Below are positions 17,878 to 26,981 of a DNA stretch of 30,767 nucleotides, in pieces. Position 1 is the stretch's first letter, and every line of letters begins with the position of its first letter. Origin of the DNA: Aquificaceae bacterium. GTDB taxonomy: Bacteria; Aquificota; Aquificia; Aquificales; Aquificaceae. The notes under the pieces were generated by a model that was not told where the DNA came from, ran no database searches, and worked only from the letters and a program-made list of their open reading frames with translations. Position numbers and translations under genes: made by a program. The DNA is taken from NCBI GenBank assembly GCA_037924335.1, contig JAXSMZ010000019.1:1-30767 (forward strand), written 5' to 3'.

Positions 17878-19301
17878 TGGCCCTCGTTCTTTTCTTTAAC
17901 CTTGTGCTTTTGCTTTTTAGAGCTCTCTATTTGGTTTTTTACCCTTTAGACCTTTCTCCAGAAGAGGCTCAGTACTGGGATTGGTCGAGACATCTGGACC
18001 TGAGCTATTACTCCAAGCCACCCATGGTAGCTTACTTGAACTTTTTGAGTACAAGGCTCTTTGGTAATACAGAGCTTGCCGTGAGACTTACCCCCATTCT
18101 TCTTTCCTTCCTTCTCTCTTTGATAACATATATCTTTGTAAAACATGTGTTTGATGGAAGGACGGCTCTCGTAGCATCAACTCTTCCCCAGATCACAGTA
18201 GGTTTTTCTGTAAACTCCCTTCTCATGACAACGGATGCACCTTTCCTGTTCTTTTGGTCTCTCTCTGTTATATCCATACACTACGCCTTGGAAAAGAACA
18301 CTATGCTGTATTGGTTTTCAGTGGGCCTGCTTTCAGGCTTCGCCTTTTTGAGCAAGTACACTGCAGTGTTTCTGCTACCTTTGACCTTATTTTGGATGTT
18401 CCTTTCAAAAAGGCTAAGAGAAAGGACGCCTTATGTTAGCTTACTGCCTGCCATGATCCTCTCCCTGCCGGTGCTTATGTGGAACTACCAGCATGGCTTT
18501 GTTTCCTTTAAGCATGTTTCCACTCTTGCTTCAAAGGGTGAAAGATTCATCTCATTGGATAACATAACCCAGTTTATACTAGGACAGGCTCTGCTACTAT
18601 GCTTTATCCCCTTTCTCTTTTTGGTCTATGCATGGTTTAAAAGCTTAGAGAGTAAAAGGTTGTTTTTCTTTACTGTTTACTCACTCCCTGTGTTTCTTTT
18701 CTTCCTCCTTCTCTCCCTTCATAAAAGGGTGGAGGCAAACTGGCCTGGCTTTGCATACTTCTCCGGTTTTGTGCTCTTATCTTACTTTCTTGCCAAGAGC
18801 CGTATGCTTTTGCCAGCGTACCTTCTTTCTGCTGCGCTTTTTCTCTTTCTTCACTTCACACCACTTTTTGACAAGCTTGGACTCCGTGCCCTTTTGCCAC
18901 CCAAAAGAGACCCAACCATCACCCTTTTAGGATGGGAAGGGTTGGGAAGAGAGGTCAGTAAGCTTTACACTGGCAAAGAGATGGTCTTTTCACCCCAGTA
19001 TCAGGTTACAGCAGAGCTTGCCTTTTATGTGGAAGGTAAGCCAAGAACCTTCTGCGTTAACTTGGGAAGGAGGATGAACCAGTATGACCTTTGGAAGGAA
19101 GGTATGAAGAGTTATATAGGAAGGGATGCCATATTTGTAAGCGTAGGTCCTATAGAGGAACGTATTCTAAAGGCCTTTGATGGTATAATAGAAGAGAAGG
19201 TATACAGAGTCTTTTGGAGAGGTCAGGTAGTGAACACTTTTTATATATACAAGCTTAAAAACTACAAAGGCTTGGAGGAAAGTTTACCGATGGGTTATTA
19301 G
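17874..19301 (+). CDS. ArnT/GT83-PMT-like integral membrane glycosyltransferase
   Basis: EEAQYWDWS, YYSKPPM, TTDAP, LSKYT, EANW motifs; many TM helices. Confidence 0.85.
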   Translation: MMALVLFFNLVLLLFRALYLVFYPLDLSPEEAQYWDWSRHLDLSYYSKPPMVAYLNFLSTRLFGNTELAVRLTPILLSFLLSLITYIFVKHVFDGRTALVASTLPQITVGFSVNSLLMTTDAPFLFFWSLSVISIHYALEKNTMLYWFSVGLLSGFAFLSKYTAVFLLPLTLFWMFLSKRLRERTPYVSLLPAMILSLPVLMWNYQHGFVSFKHVSTLASKGERFISLDNITQFILGQALLLCFIPFLFLVYAWFKSLESKRLFFFTVYSLPVFLFFLLLSLHKRVEANWPGFAYFSGFVLLSYFLAKSRMLLPAYLLSAALFLFLHFTPLFDKLGLRALLPPKRDPTITLLGWEGLGREVSKLYTGKEMVFSPQYQVTAELAFYVEGKPRTFCVNLGRRMNQYDLWKEGMKSYIGRDAIFVSVGPIEERILKAFDGIIEEKVYRVFWRGQVVNTFYIYKLKNYKGLEESLPMGY

Positions 19302-19347
19302 AATTATCCTAAGTATATATACATTATGCTTCCTTTTTTACCACCTT

Positions 19348-20145
19348 ATGCCAGTGAAGTTTTTTACAAGCGTAAACTACTCCATAATCAATCCAAGCCC
19401 AGTGCCTTTCTACAAGCAGTGCAGTTATGCGTTGGGAGTCAAAACTTTTTACAACTCCCCTTTAGGAAATCCAGATAAACTCGTCAAAGAGCTAAGGAGG
19501 AAGGATATAGATGTTGCTATATCCGATTTTCCATTTGTTAAAGGCAGACTTTTGAACATGGGTCCTTCTGAAGGTGTAAGCTACAAGGATATCCCCTTTA
19601 TGCTTCGCCTTTCCTACATGGTCTTTGAGTTCATTCCAAAAAGCCTTATCCTTGAAAAGCAGAGGGATATGTACTCTCTCTACTTTGAGCCCTCTTGTCT
19701 CCCTTTTCTTTCGGATATACCAGTGATTGCTTCCTTTTGGCAATATGACTTTCCATCTTACTCCTTTGTGCTGGGTAAAAGGAGAAATCTCATTGAAAAC
19801 AAGTCTTGTGATGAACTATCCCCCCAAGACTTGAAAAGGTCCATACCTTTATCCGATGAGATAAGGCTAAGCGCTTATCTTTATTCAGAGAGAGGCTTTT
19901 TTCTACCAGGAGATACCATAAAAGGGAAAGCTACCTATGTTTTAAAGGTGGATAAAGACAGAACCCTTGTTCTCATAGAAAAAAATGGAAAGCTCTTTGG
20001 TGTTTACGACCAAAACATAGTAAACGAAAGTCTCAACGCACAAGGATATTATGCCGTACGCATATACACTTACGCGTTCAGCTTAGGAAGGTTTTACTTT
20101 GGTATTAGATTCCTTGGCTGTCTTCCGCCAGTTAGAATAGAGTAG
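19348..20145 (+). CDS. Hypothetical protein, possibly a degenerate PHP-like domain; true start may be upstream
   Basis: 265-aa ORF co-oriented in the operon; the frame is open back to 19234 and includes a hydrophobic stretch. Confidence 0.6.
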   Translation: MPVKFFTSVNYSIINPSPVPFYKQCSYALGVKTFYNSPLGNPDKLVKELRRKDIDVAISDFPFVKGRLLNMGPSEGVSYKDIPFMLRLSYMVFEFIPKSLILEKQRDMYSLYFEPSCLPFLSDIPVIASFWQYDFPSYSFVLGKRRNLIENKSCDELSPQDLKRSIPLSDEIRLSAYLYSERGFFLPGDTIKGKATYVLKVDKDRTLVLIEKNGKLFGVYDQNIVNESLNAQGYYAVRIYTYAFSLGRFYFGIRFLGCLPPVRIE

Positions 20146-20202
20146 CTTTCATCAAATCTTAACATTGGGGCTTTACATTTTAAACCTGAAAGGAGTGTAA
20201 AG

Positions 20203-20364
20203 ATGAAGGTCATAAACGTAAGAGATGAAATGGTAGCAAAGAGGTTGATCGGTAAGCTTCTAAAAAAGAGGATGGTTGTAGCTCAGGTACAAGACCCACA
20301 AGAACTTAAGGCTCAAATAATAAAAAAGGCAGATGTGGTAGTTTTAATACAACCTAAAGAATGA
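20203..20364 (+). CDS. Small hypothetical protein, 53 aa (not in the ORF track)
   Basis: AAGGAG RBS at 20190-20194 region, ATG 20203, MKVINVRDEMVAKRLIGKLLKKRMVVAQVQDPQELKAQIIKKADVVVLIQPKE, TGA 20362-20364; fills the intergenic gap. Confidence 0.75.
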   Translation: MKVINVRDEMVAKRLIGKLLKKRMVVAQVQDPQELKAQIIKKADVVVLIQPKE

Positions 20365-20436
20365 AATAAAGATCATCCACTAAATATTCAAAGTCATCTA
20401 TAATAATTATATTTAAACTATCTGCAGGAGGTCTTT

Positions 20437-22422
20437 ATGGCAAAAGGGACTGTTGCTTATAAGATTTTACAAAAGCACCTTTTAAGCGGTAGACTTCTAC
20501 CCGGAGAGGAGATAGCTATAAAGATAGACCAGACTTTGACTCAGGATGCAACAGGGACTATGTCATATCTACAGTTTGAAGCAATGGGGTTAGATAGAGT
20601 AAAGGCAGAGCTATCTGTAAGCTACATAGACCATAACATGCTACAAACAGACTACAAGAACCCAGACGACCACAAATACCTTATGAGCGTTGCAAAAAGA
20701 TACGGTATATACCTTTCCAAGCCCGGAAACGGTATATGCCATCAGGTGCATTTGGAGAGGTTTGCTAAACCAGGAAAAACGCTCTTGGGTTCAGATTCTC
20801 ATACCCCCACATCCGGGGGTGTTGGCATGATAGCCATAGGAGCTGGTGGGCTTGATGTGGCAGTAGCAATGGCAGGAGAACCTTTCTATCTGAAGATGCC
20901 AAAGATAGTAGGTGTGAGGCTAACTGGGAAAATGCCCCCATGGGTAACTTCAAAGGATATAATACTTGAGCTTTTGAGAAGACTAACGGTCAAGGGTGGT
21001 GTGGGGAAGGTATTTGAGTACTTTGGTGATGGAATTAAGGAGCTCTCCGTTCCAGAAAGGGCTACTATAACGAACATGGGGGCTGAGCTTGGAGCCACCA
21101 CATCACTCTTCCCATCAGATGAGATAACAAGGGCTTATCTTAGAGCGCAGGGGAGAGAGGAAGATTGGGTTAGTCTGCTTCCAGACCCTGATGCTGAGTA
21201 CGACGAGCTTATAGAGATAAACCTCTCTGAGCTTGAACCGTTGATAGCATGCCCTCATTCTCCAGATAACGTAGTCCCAGTAAAGGATGTGGAAGGTATA
21301 AAGGTGGACCAAGTTGTCATAGGTTCCTGTACAAACTCTTCCTTCGTTGACCTTTCTAGAGCTGGGAGCATGTTGGAAGGTAGACGTGTACATGAGGATG
21401 TAGTCTTTGCCGTTGCGCCTGGTTCAAAACAAGCTTTGGAACTTATAACTCAGAATGGCATACTTCTTAACTTCCTAAAGGCTGGTGCCAGAATACTTGA
21501 AAGTGCCTGCGGTCCATGTATTGGTATGGGCTACGCTCCACCATCTGGTGGTGTATCTCTGAGAAGCTTTAACAGGAACTTTGAAGGAAGGTCTGGAACC
21601 AAAGATGCAAATGTTTACTTGGCCTCTCCAGAGGTTTGCGTAGCCTCTGCCATAACTGGAGAAATAACAGACCCAAGAAAGATCTCCAAGAAGGAAGGCA
21701 TAAGGTGGGTAAGAATAGAGATGCCAGAGAGATTCCCTTATGGAGACGAAGCCATAATAGAACCCTTGCCGGAGGAAGAAGCAAAGAAGGTAAGCATATA
21801 CAGAGGTCCCAACATAGTTCCACTTCCAGATTTTGACCCACTTCCAGAAAGCATTCAGGCTCAGGTAGCTCTTGTAGTTGGAGATAATATAACCACAGAC
21901 CATATAATGCCAGCTGGTGCTCAGATACTTCCTCTCAGGTCCAACATATATGCCATATCTGAGTATGTATACCATTATGTGGACCCAGAGTTTGTAAATA
22001 GGGCAAAGAGGATAAGGGAAGATAAGGGTATGGCAAGCGTCATTGTGGGTGGGGAAAACTACGGTCAGGGTTCATCCAGGGAGCATGCAGCTCTTGCTCC
22101 GAGGTTTCTGGGTGTACGTGCAGTCGTTGCCAAATCCTTTGCCCGTATACACCATGCAAACCTTGTAAACTTCGGAATAGTTCCATTGGAATTTGTCAAC
22201 AAGGAGGATTATCACAGATTTTCAGTCTTGGATGAGGTATACATACCAGAGCTCTCAGAAAGGTTAGAAAAAGGAAAGGAGATAGTTCTCATAAAAAGGG
22301 ATGAAAATGAAGAGATACCATGCAGGTATAATCTCACTCCAAAGCAGATATCCGTTCTTCTTGCTGGTGGTCTCCTAAATTGGATAAAGAACAAGCAAAG
22401 GGCTGGAGTAGTTGGAGGTTAG
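20437..22422 (+). CDS. acnA: Aconitate hydratase (short ~660-aa type)
   Basis: TQDATGT, DHN, GICHQVH, DSHT, GSCTNSS, CGPCIGMG, FNRNFEGR, TTDHI, NYGQGSSREHA. Confidence 0.93.
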   Translation: MAKGTVAYKILQKHLLSGRLLPGEEIAIKIDQTLTQDATGTMSYLQFEAMGLDRVKAELSVSYIDHNMLQTDYKNPDDHKYLMSVAKRYGIYLSKPGNGICHQVHLERFAKPGKTLLGSDSHTPTSGGVGMIAIGAGGLDVAVAMAGEPFYLKMPKIVGVRLTGKMPPWVTSKDIILELLRRLTVKGGVGKVFEYFGDGIKELSVPERATITNMGAELGATTSLFPSDEITRAYLRAQGREEDWVSLLPDPDAEYDELIEINLSELEPLIACPHSPDNVVPVKDVEGIKVDQVVIGSCTNSSFVDLSRAGSMLEGRRVHEDVVFAVAPGSKQALELITQNGILLNFLKAGARILESACGPCIGMGYAPPSGGVSLRSFNRNFEGRSGTKDANVYLASPEVCVASAITGEITDPRKISKKEGIRWVRIEMPERFPYGDEAIIEPLPEEEAKKVSIYRGPNIVPLPDFDPLPESIQAQVALVVGDNITTDHIMPAGAQILPLRSNIYAISEYVYHYVDPEFVNRAKRIREDKGMASVIVGGENYGQGSSREHAALAPRFLGVRAVVAKSFARIHHANLVNFGIVPLEFVNKEDYHRFSVLDEVYIPELSERLEKGKEIVLIKRDENEEIPCRYNLTPKQISVLLAGGLLNWIKNKQRAGVVGG

Positions 22423-22427
22423 TAAGC

Positions 22428-23432
22428 ATGAAGATGAGGAAGGTTGTCTCCTTGATAGGTGCTGGTAATGTGGGGGAGCATGTGGCAAGTCTCTTAGCCC
22501 TTAGGGGGCTCGTTGACGTTAGGATGTTCGACATTCCAAGGAAAGACGGTGAAAAGACGATAGAGCCTGTAAAAGGGAAAGCTTTGGACATAAGACAGAT
22601 GCTTGCTGCCATTGACATTGACGCAAAGGTGGAGGGCTTTACCGTTAGTTCAGAAGGGGATGGATACGATGCCATTGAAGGAAGCGATATAATAGTGATC
22701 ACTGCAGGCTTTCCAAGAAGACCTGGAATGTCAAGGGAGGACCTACTTGAGAAGAACCTCTCTATCCTCTCTGTGATAGCTGATAGAGTAAAACATTTTG
22801 CCAGCGACGCTGTTGTTATAGTGGTGACTAATCCCGTTGACCTCATGACCTATGCAGTGTACAGAATGCTTGGCTTTAGCAAAAGGAAAGTTTTGGGAAT
22901 GGCTGGTGTCCTTGATTCGGCAAGGTTTAAGACCTTCATATCTCAGGAAATAAAGGTATCACCGAAGGACATACACGCTTACGTTATAGGTGGACACGGG
23001 GACGAGATGGTTCCACTTATAAGCATATCCAACGTAGGCGGTATACCACTAAAAAGCATGCTTCCAAACGAGAAACTAAAAGAGCTTATAAAGAGAACAC
23101 AGTTCGGTGGTGGTGAGATAGTAGACCTTATGGGAACTTCTGCCTACTATGCTCCGGCAGCCTCTATAGTTGAGATGGTGGAAGCCATCGTGACAGACAA
23201 CAAGAGAATTCTTCCGTGCTCCGTTTACCTTGACAGAGAGGATGGCAAATACTATGAGGCAGAAGACTTATGCGTTGGCGTGCCAGTAAAGCTTGGTAAC
23301 TGTGGTGTAGAGGAGATAGTAAACATACCCATGCTTCCAGAAGAGAGGGAGATGTGGAGAAAGTCCGTGGAATCTGTAAAGAGAAATTTAAAAGCTGTAG
23401 AGGAGATACTGAATGCGAGAAGTCTTGTATGA
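22428..23432 (+). CDS. mdh: Malate dehydrogenase (LDH-like MDH); start likely 22428
   Basis: IGAGNVG, TAGFPRRPGMSREDL (Arg specificity loop), TNPVD, LDSARF, GGHGD; GGAGG RBS before 22428. Confidence 0.95.
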   Translation: MKMRKVVSLIGAGNVGEHVASLLALRGLVDVRMFDIPRKDGEKTIEPVKGKALDIRQMLAAIDIDAKVEGFTVSSEGDGYDAIEGSDIIVITAGFPRRPGMSREDLLEKNLSILSVIADRVKHFASDAVVIVVTNPVDLMTYAVYRMLGFSKRKVLGMAGVLDSARFKTFISQEIKVSPKDIHAYVIGGHGDEMVPLISISNVGGIPLKSMLPNEKLKELIKRTQFGGGEIVDLMGTSAYYAPAASIVEMVEAIVTDNKRILPCSVYLDREDGKYYEAEDLCVGVPVKLGNCGVEEIVNIPMLPEEREMWRKSVESVKRNLKAVEEILNARSLV

Positions 23433-24258
23433 GGATATAGTAAAAGCCGTTAAAGAGATAGCCATTAGGGCAAACTACGAGCTACCGGAGGATGTGGTTT
23501 ATGCCTTTGAGTCTGCCATAGAGAGAGAGGAATCGCAGTTGGGAAGAGAGGTTTTAAGACAGATACTTGAAAACGCAAAAGCTTCAAAGGAAGAGCAGAT
23601 GGCTTACTGCCAAGATACAGGTGTTGCTGTTGTGTTTGTGGAGATAGGCCAAGAAGTTCACATAAAAGGTGGATATCTTTTGGATGCAATAAATGAAGGC
23701 GTAAGTCAGGCATACACGGAAGGATACCTGAGGGCTTCCATGGTCTGGGACCCCATATTTGAGAGAAAGAACACTGGGAATAACACCCCGGCCGTAGTGC
23801 ATATCTTTTTGGTAGCGGGAGATAAGCTTAAACTCACCTTTGCTCCAAAGGGTGCTGGCTCTGAAAACACTTCAAGGCTTGCCATGCTAAAACCCGCCGA
23901 CGGATGGGAGGGTGTAAAGAGATTCATCCTTGAAACGGTAAAGCTTGCCGGACCTAACGCATGCCCACCTCTTACGGTGGGGGTTGGGATAGGTGGAAAC
24001 TTCGAGTACTGTGCACTTTTGGCAAAAAAGGCTCTCCTTAGGAAAGTTGGGGAGAGGAATCAAAACCCAAAAATAAGAAAGTTAGAGGAAGAGCTCATAG
24101 AGGATATAAACAAGCTGGGGCTTGGTCCTATGGGCTTTGGTGGGACTGTTACGGCCATAGATGTAAAGGTGGAGCTTTATCCTTGCCATATAGCTTCCCT
24201 TCCAGTAGCCGTGAACATACAGTGCCATGCTTCAAGACATGCAGAGATAGAGCTATGA
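23413..24258 (+). CDS. fumA: Class I fumarate hydratase, alpha subunit (Fe-S, two-subunit type)
   Basis: CQDTG, YLRASMV, NTGNNTPA, KGAGSEN, ACPP, GPMGFGG, CHIASLPVAVNIQCHASR. Confidence 0.92.
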   Translation: MREVLYEDIVKAVKEIAIRANYELPEDVVYAFESAIEREESQLGREVLRQILENAKASKEEQMAYCQDTGVAVVFVEIGQEVHIKGGYLLDAINEGVSQAYTEGYLRASMVWDPIFERKNTGNNTPAVVHIFLVAGDKLKLTFAPKGAGSENTSRLAMLKPADGWEGVKRFILETVKLAGPNACPPLTVGVGIGGNFEYCALLAKKALLRKVGERNQNPKIRKLEEELIEDINKLGLGPMGFGGTVTAIDVKVELYPCHIASLPVAVNIQCHASRHAEIEL

Positions 24259-24353
24259 AGTATATAATCTTTTTAGCTCTCGTTGGACTCATCACCATAC
24301 TATTCATCTCTGGATTCCTCTTTAGAGTTTTAAGAAATAAACTCAATGGATAA
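24255..24353 (+). CDS. Putative 32-aa single-TM small protein (not in the ORF track)
   Basis: ATGA overlap with the fumA stop; MKYIIFLALVGLITILFISGFLFRVLRNKLNG; its stop overlaps the start of the next gene. Confidence 0.6.
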   Translation: MKYIIFLALVGLITILFISGFLFRVLRNKLNG

Positions 24354-24741
24354 AGTGATCCTGGGTCTATACGCCGGTTCCCTCTTCTTTCTCATCTTTG
24401 TTGTGGCTCCCGTACTGCTAAGGGATGGAGAGAACAAAAACCTCGCTGGTAGGTTTTATGGAAAGGTCCTTTGGAGATTTTACCCTATTGCTTTTTTTCT
24501 GCTTTTGCTCTATCATATATACGATGGTAAGGACTCTTACTCTTTGTATCTCATGGTCGGGTTGGGGGTAAACATAGTCATATCTCATTGGCTCAAAACA
24601 TACAAAAAAAGCATTGGGGATATTGATCGTATACCATACAAGGACAAAAGAAGAGTAGTCTTTAGAAGACTGTCTTTTCTTTCAACTTTTGTTCTCTTTA
24701 TAAATCTTTTACTTTCCTTAAGTTTCCTTTATTTATCATGA
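24346..24741 (+). CDS. DUF4149-like four-TM membrane protein
   Basis: FVVAPVL...AGRFYGKVL pattern, four hydrophobic segments. Confidence 0.65.
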   Translation: MDKVILGLYAGSLFFLIFVVAPVLLRDGENKNLAGRFYGKVLWRFYPIAFFLLLLYHIYDGKDSYSLYLMVGLGVNIVISHWLKTYKKSIGDIDRIPYKDKRRVVFRRLSFLSTFVLFINLLLSLSFLYLS

Positions 24742-24774
24742 TGGGCTCAATGAGAAAAATAAATGGAGGTTTTG

Positions 24775-25293
24775 ATGCAAGAGTACAGAATAAACAGACA
24801 GATAAGGTCTAAGGAAGTCAGGCTCATCGATGAGGCTGGTAAGCAAGTAGGTATAGTACCGTTGGAAGAGGCTTTGAGAATTGCCGAAGAAAAGGGGCTT
24901 GACCTTGTTGAGATAGCACCACAGGCAAAACCACCAGTCTGCAAGGTCTTAGATTACGGAAAGTTCATATACGAGCAAAGAAAAAGGGAGAAGATGGCCA
25001 GAAAAAAGCAGAGGGAGCACGCAATTGAAGTGAAAGACATACAGCTCTCTTTGAGGATAGATGAACATGACCTGAAAGTAAAACTGAAGTACATGAGGGA
25101 GTTTTTGGAAGATGGAAACAAAGTACGCGTAAGGATAAGGTTTAGGGGTAGAGAGCATGCACATCCTGAGCTTGGGGATAAACTGGTCAAAAGGATCATA
25201 GAAGAACTAAAAGATGTTGGAGAACTAGAATCTGAACCAAAAAAAGAAGGAGCCTTCTTAATTTTTGCACTTCTACCTAAGAAAAAAAGCTAA
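24775..25293 (+). CDS. infC: Translation initiation factor IF-3; start likely ATG 24775
   Basis: INRQIRSKEVRLID, LDLVEIAPQAKPPVCKVLDYGKF, VRIRFRGRE; GGAGG at 24765-24769. Confidence 0.96.
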   Translation: MQEYRINRQIRSKEVRLIDEAGKQVGIVPLEEALRIAEEKGLDLVEIAPQAKPPVCKVLDYGKFIYEQRKREKMARKKQREHAIEVKDIQLSLRIDEHDLKVKLKYMREFLEDGNKVRVRIRFRGREHAHPELGDKLVKRIIEELKDVGELESEPKKEGAFLIFALLPKKKS

Positions 25294-26267
25294 GCTCTCT
25301 TCTCCATATAACCCTTTCTTAACCTGTAACCCTCCTCTGGATAAAGCCCATAGAAAAGGTTCTGAGCATGATTTCCCTCAACAAAGAAGCTCCACCTCTC
25401 TAAAAAGCTTCCCAGCACGATGAGAGCAAAACCAAGAGCATAAAGATAATAATAGCTCAGATTGGTAAAAAGAGAGTAAAGCAAAAAAAGGATGGGTGCA
25501 AGAAAGTTCAGGATATAAAAGGTTGGTATGACCATACTCAATATCTCTTTCCCCTTTCTGTAATAGAACTCTGTAGTGCAGTAGTTATCGGTTGTAGTTC
25601 CAATGTCCAAAACCCTTATGGGTCTGTTATGCGGAAGGTTAAGAGCTTCGTTGATGGTTGGTCTCTTTATAAGCTGATTCCTTATGTTGAAAGCTACCCT
25701 TAGGCTGAGCCCAAAAAGAAGGAAAAACAAGGCTAGAAAAACAAAGGCTTTTATGAGCTCGGGCTTGTAATGGTATGTTGTAAGTAAAAAGCTTGAAGAG
25801 CCAAGGATAAGGTACATGTTCAGGTAATAAAGTACTGTAAGGGATGTATTCCACTCCAACACGAACCTGTTTGAAGCATATATCATAGCAGTTGAAAAGG
25901 CAGAAAGCCAACCCAGAAGTAGGGTCAAAAGCCCAAAGGAATTTTGAAGATAAACATGTACGTCAGCAGTGTAAAGGATAAGGTAAACAAATAAGGAAAA
26001 GCCATAGGCTCCACTGAAAACAGCTTCCCTAGAAAGCCAAGAAGTATGAAACCTTCTTATGGCCTTCCATGCTCTGAGCTTATGACCAAGATGAAAGCTT
26101 GCACCAGCAGCACCAAGAGCGATGAGCAAAAGGGATATTACCCCAGAGAAAAGAACCATATGCTTAGGCAATGTCAGAAGAAGGTTCATCAGATATGTAA
26201 AGCTGAAAAGGCCAATGGATGTACCAGCTGTCAAGAAAAACCATATGAGCGATACGGGTGGGTGCAT
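25290..26267 (-). CDS. soeC: DmsC/NrfD-type membrane anchor (SoeC/SreC-like)
   Basis: MHPPVSLIWF, SFHLGHKLRAWKA...TSWLSRE, TAMIYAS, ERWSFF...HAQNLFY; multi-TM. Confidence 0.78.
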   Translation of the reverse strand: MHPPVSLIWFFLTAGTSIGLFSFTYLMNLLLTLPKHMVLFSGVISLLLIALGAAGASFHLGHKLRAWKAIRRFHTSWLSREAVFSGAYGFSLFVYLILYTADVHVYLQNSFGLLTLLLGWLSAFSTAMIYASNRFVLEWNTSLTVLYYLNMYLILGSSSFLLTTYHYKPELIKAFVFLALFFLLFGLSLRVAFNIRNQLIKRPTINEALNLPHNRPIRVLDIGTTTDNYCTTEFYYRKGKEILSMVIPTFYILNFLAPILFLLYSLFTNLSYYYLYALGFALIVLGSFLERWSFFVEGNHAQNLFYGLYPEEGYRLRKGYMEKRA

Positions 26268-26269
26268 CT

Positions 26270-26968
26270 TTATCCTCCTTTGTAATGTTTTCTGACTACC
26301 TCAAGAAAGAGAGGATTATCTGCCTTTAGGATATGCTCGTTTATGTGGGTTTTGGTCTCAGTCTTTGGAAGGTAATGGTTGGCAGGGTTTGTCCCCATAT
26401 CTGGGAATAGGACAAAGGCATTTCTTTCCTTTATAACTCTGTACACCTCACTGTTCTGGTCCTCTATATCTCCAAAGAACCTTGCTTTAGCGGGGCATGT
26501 CAAGACGCATGCGGGCTTTCTGTGCTCTGGGGGAAGTGAATCATCGTATATCCTGTCTATGCAAAGAGTACACTTTTTCATAACTTTTTCTGCCTCATCA
26601 AACTCCCGACAACCGTAGGGGCAGGACCAGGAGCATAGTTTACAACCTATACAGTCATCGTAGTTTACAAGCACTATACCATCCTGCTCTCTTTTGTAGC
26701 TGGCACCAGTAGGGCATACAGGAACGCAAGGAGCATCCTGACAGTGAAGGCAGGATTTGGGAAGGTGGAAAACCTGAGTTTCTGGAAACTCTCCCACTTC
26801 ATAACTCATTATTCTGTTGTACCAAACGCCCTTTGGCTTCTCCCCGTAAGGGTCAAAGTCCGAAAGGGGACCAAATTTGGCCTGAGTGTTCCACTCCTTG
26901 CAGTTTGTTGCACAGGCATGACATCCAACGCATGTGTTTAGGTCTATAACTAAAGCAAACTGAGCCAT
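26270..26968 (-). CDS. soeB: 4Fe-4S electron-transfer subunit (SoeB/SreB-like)
   Basis: DLNTCVGCHACATNCKEWN, CLHCQDAPCVPVCP, CIGCKLCSWSCP, CTLC...CVLTCP. Confidence 0.8.
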   Translation of the reverse strand: MAQFALVIDLNTCVGCHACATNCKEWNTQAKFGPLSDFDPYGEKPKGVWYNRIMSYEVGEFPETQVFHLPKSCLHCQDAPCVPVCPTGASYKREQDGIVLVNYDDCIGCKLCSWSCPYGCREFDEAEKVMKKCTLCIDRIYDDSLPPEHRKPACVLTCPAKARFFGDIEDQNSEVYRVIKERNAFVLFPDMGTNPANHYLPKTETKTHINEHILKADNPLFLEVVRKHYKGG

Positions 26969-26981
26969 AGCTTACCTCCAC

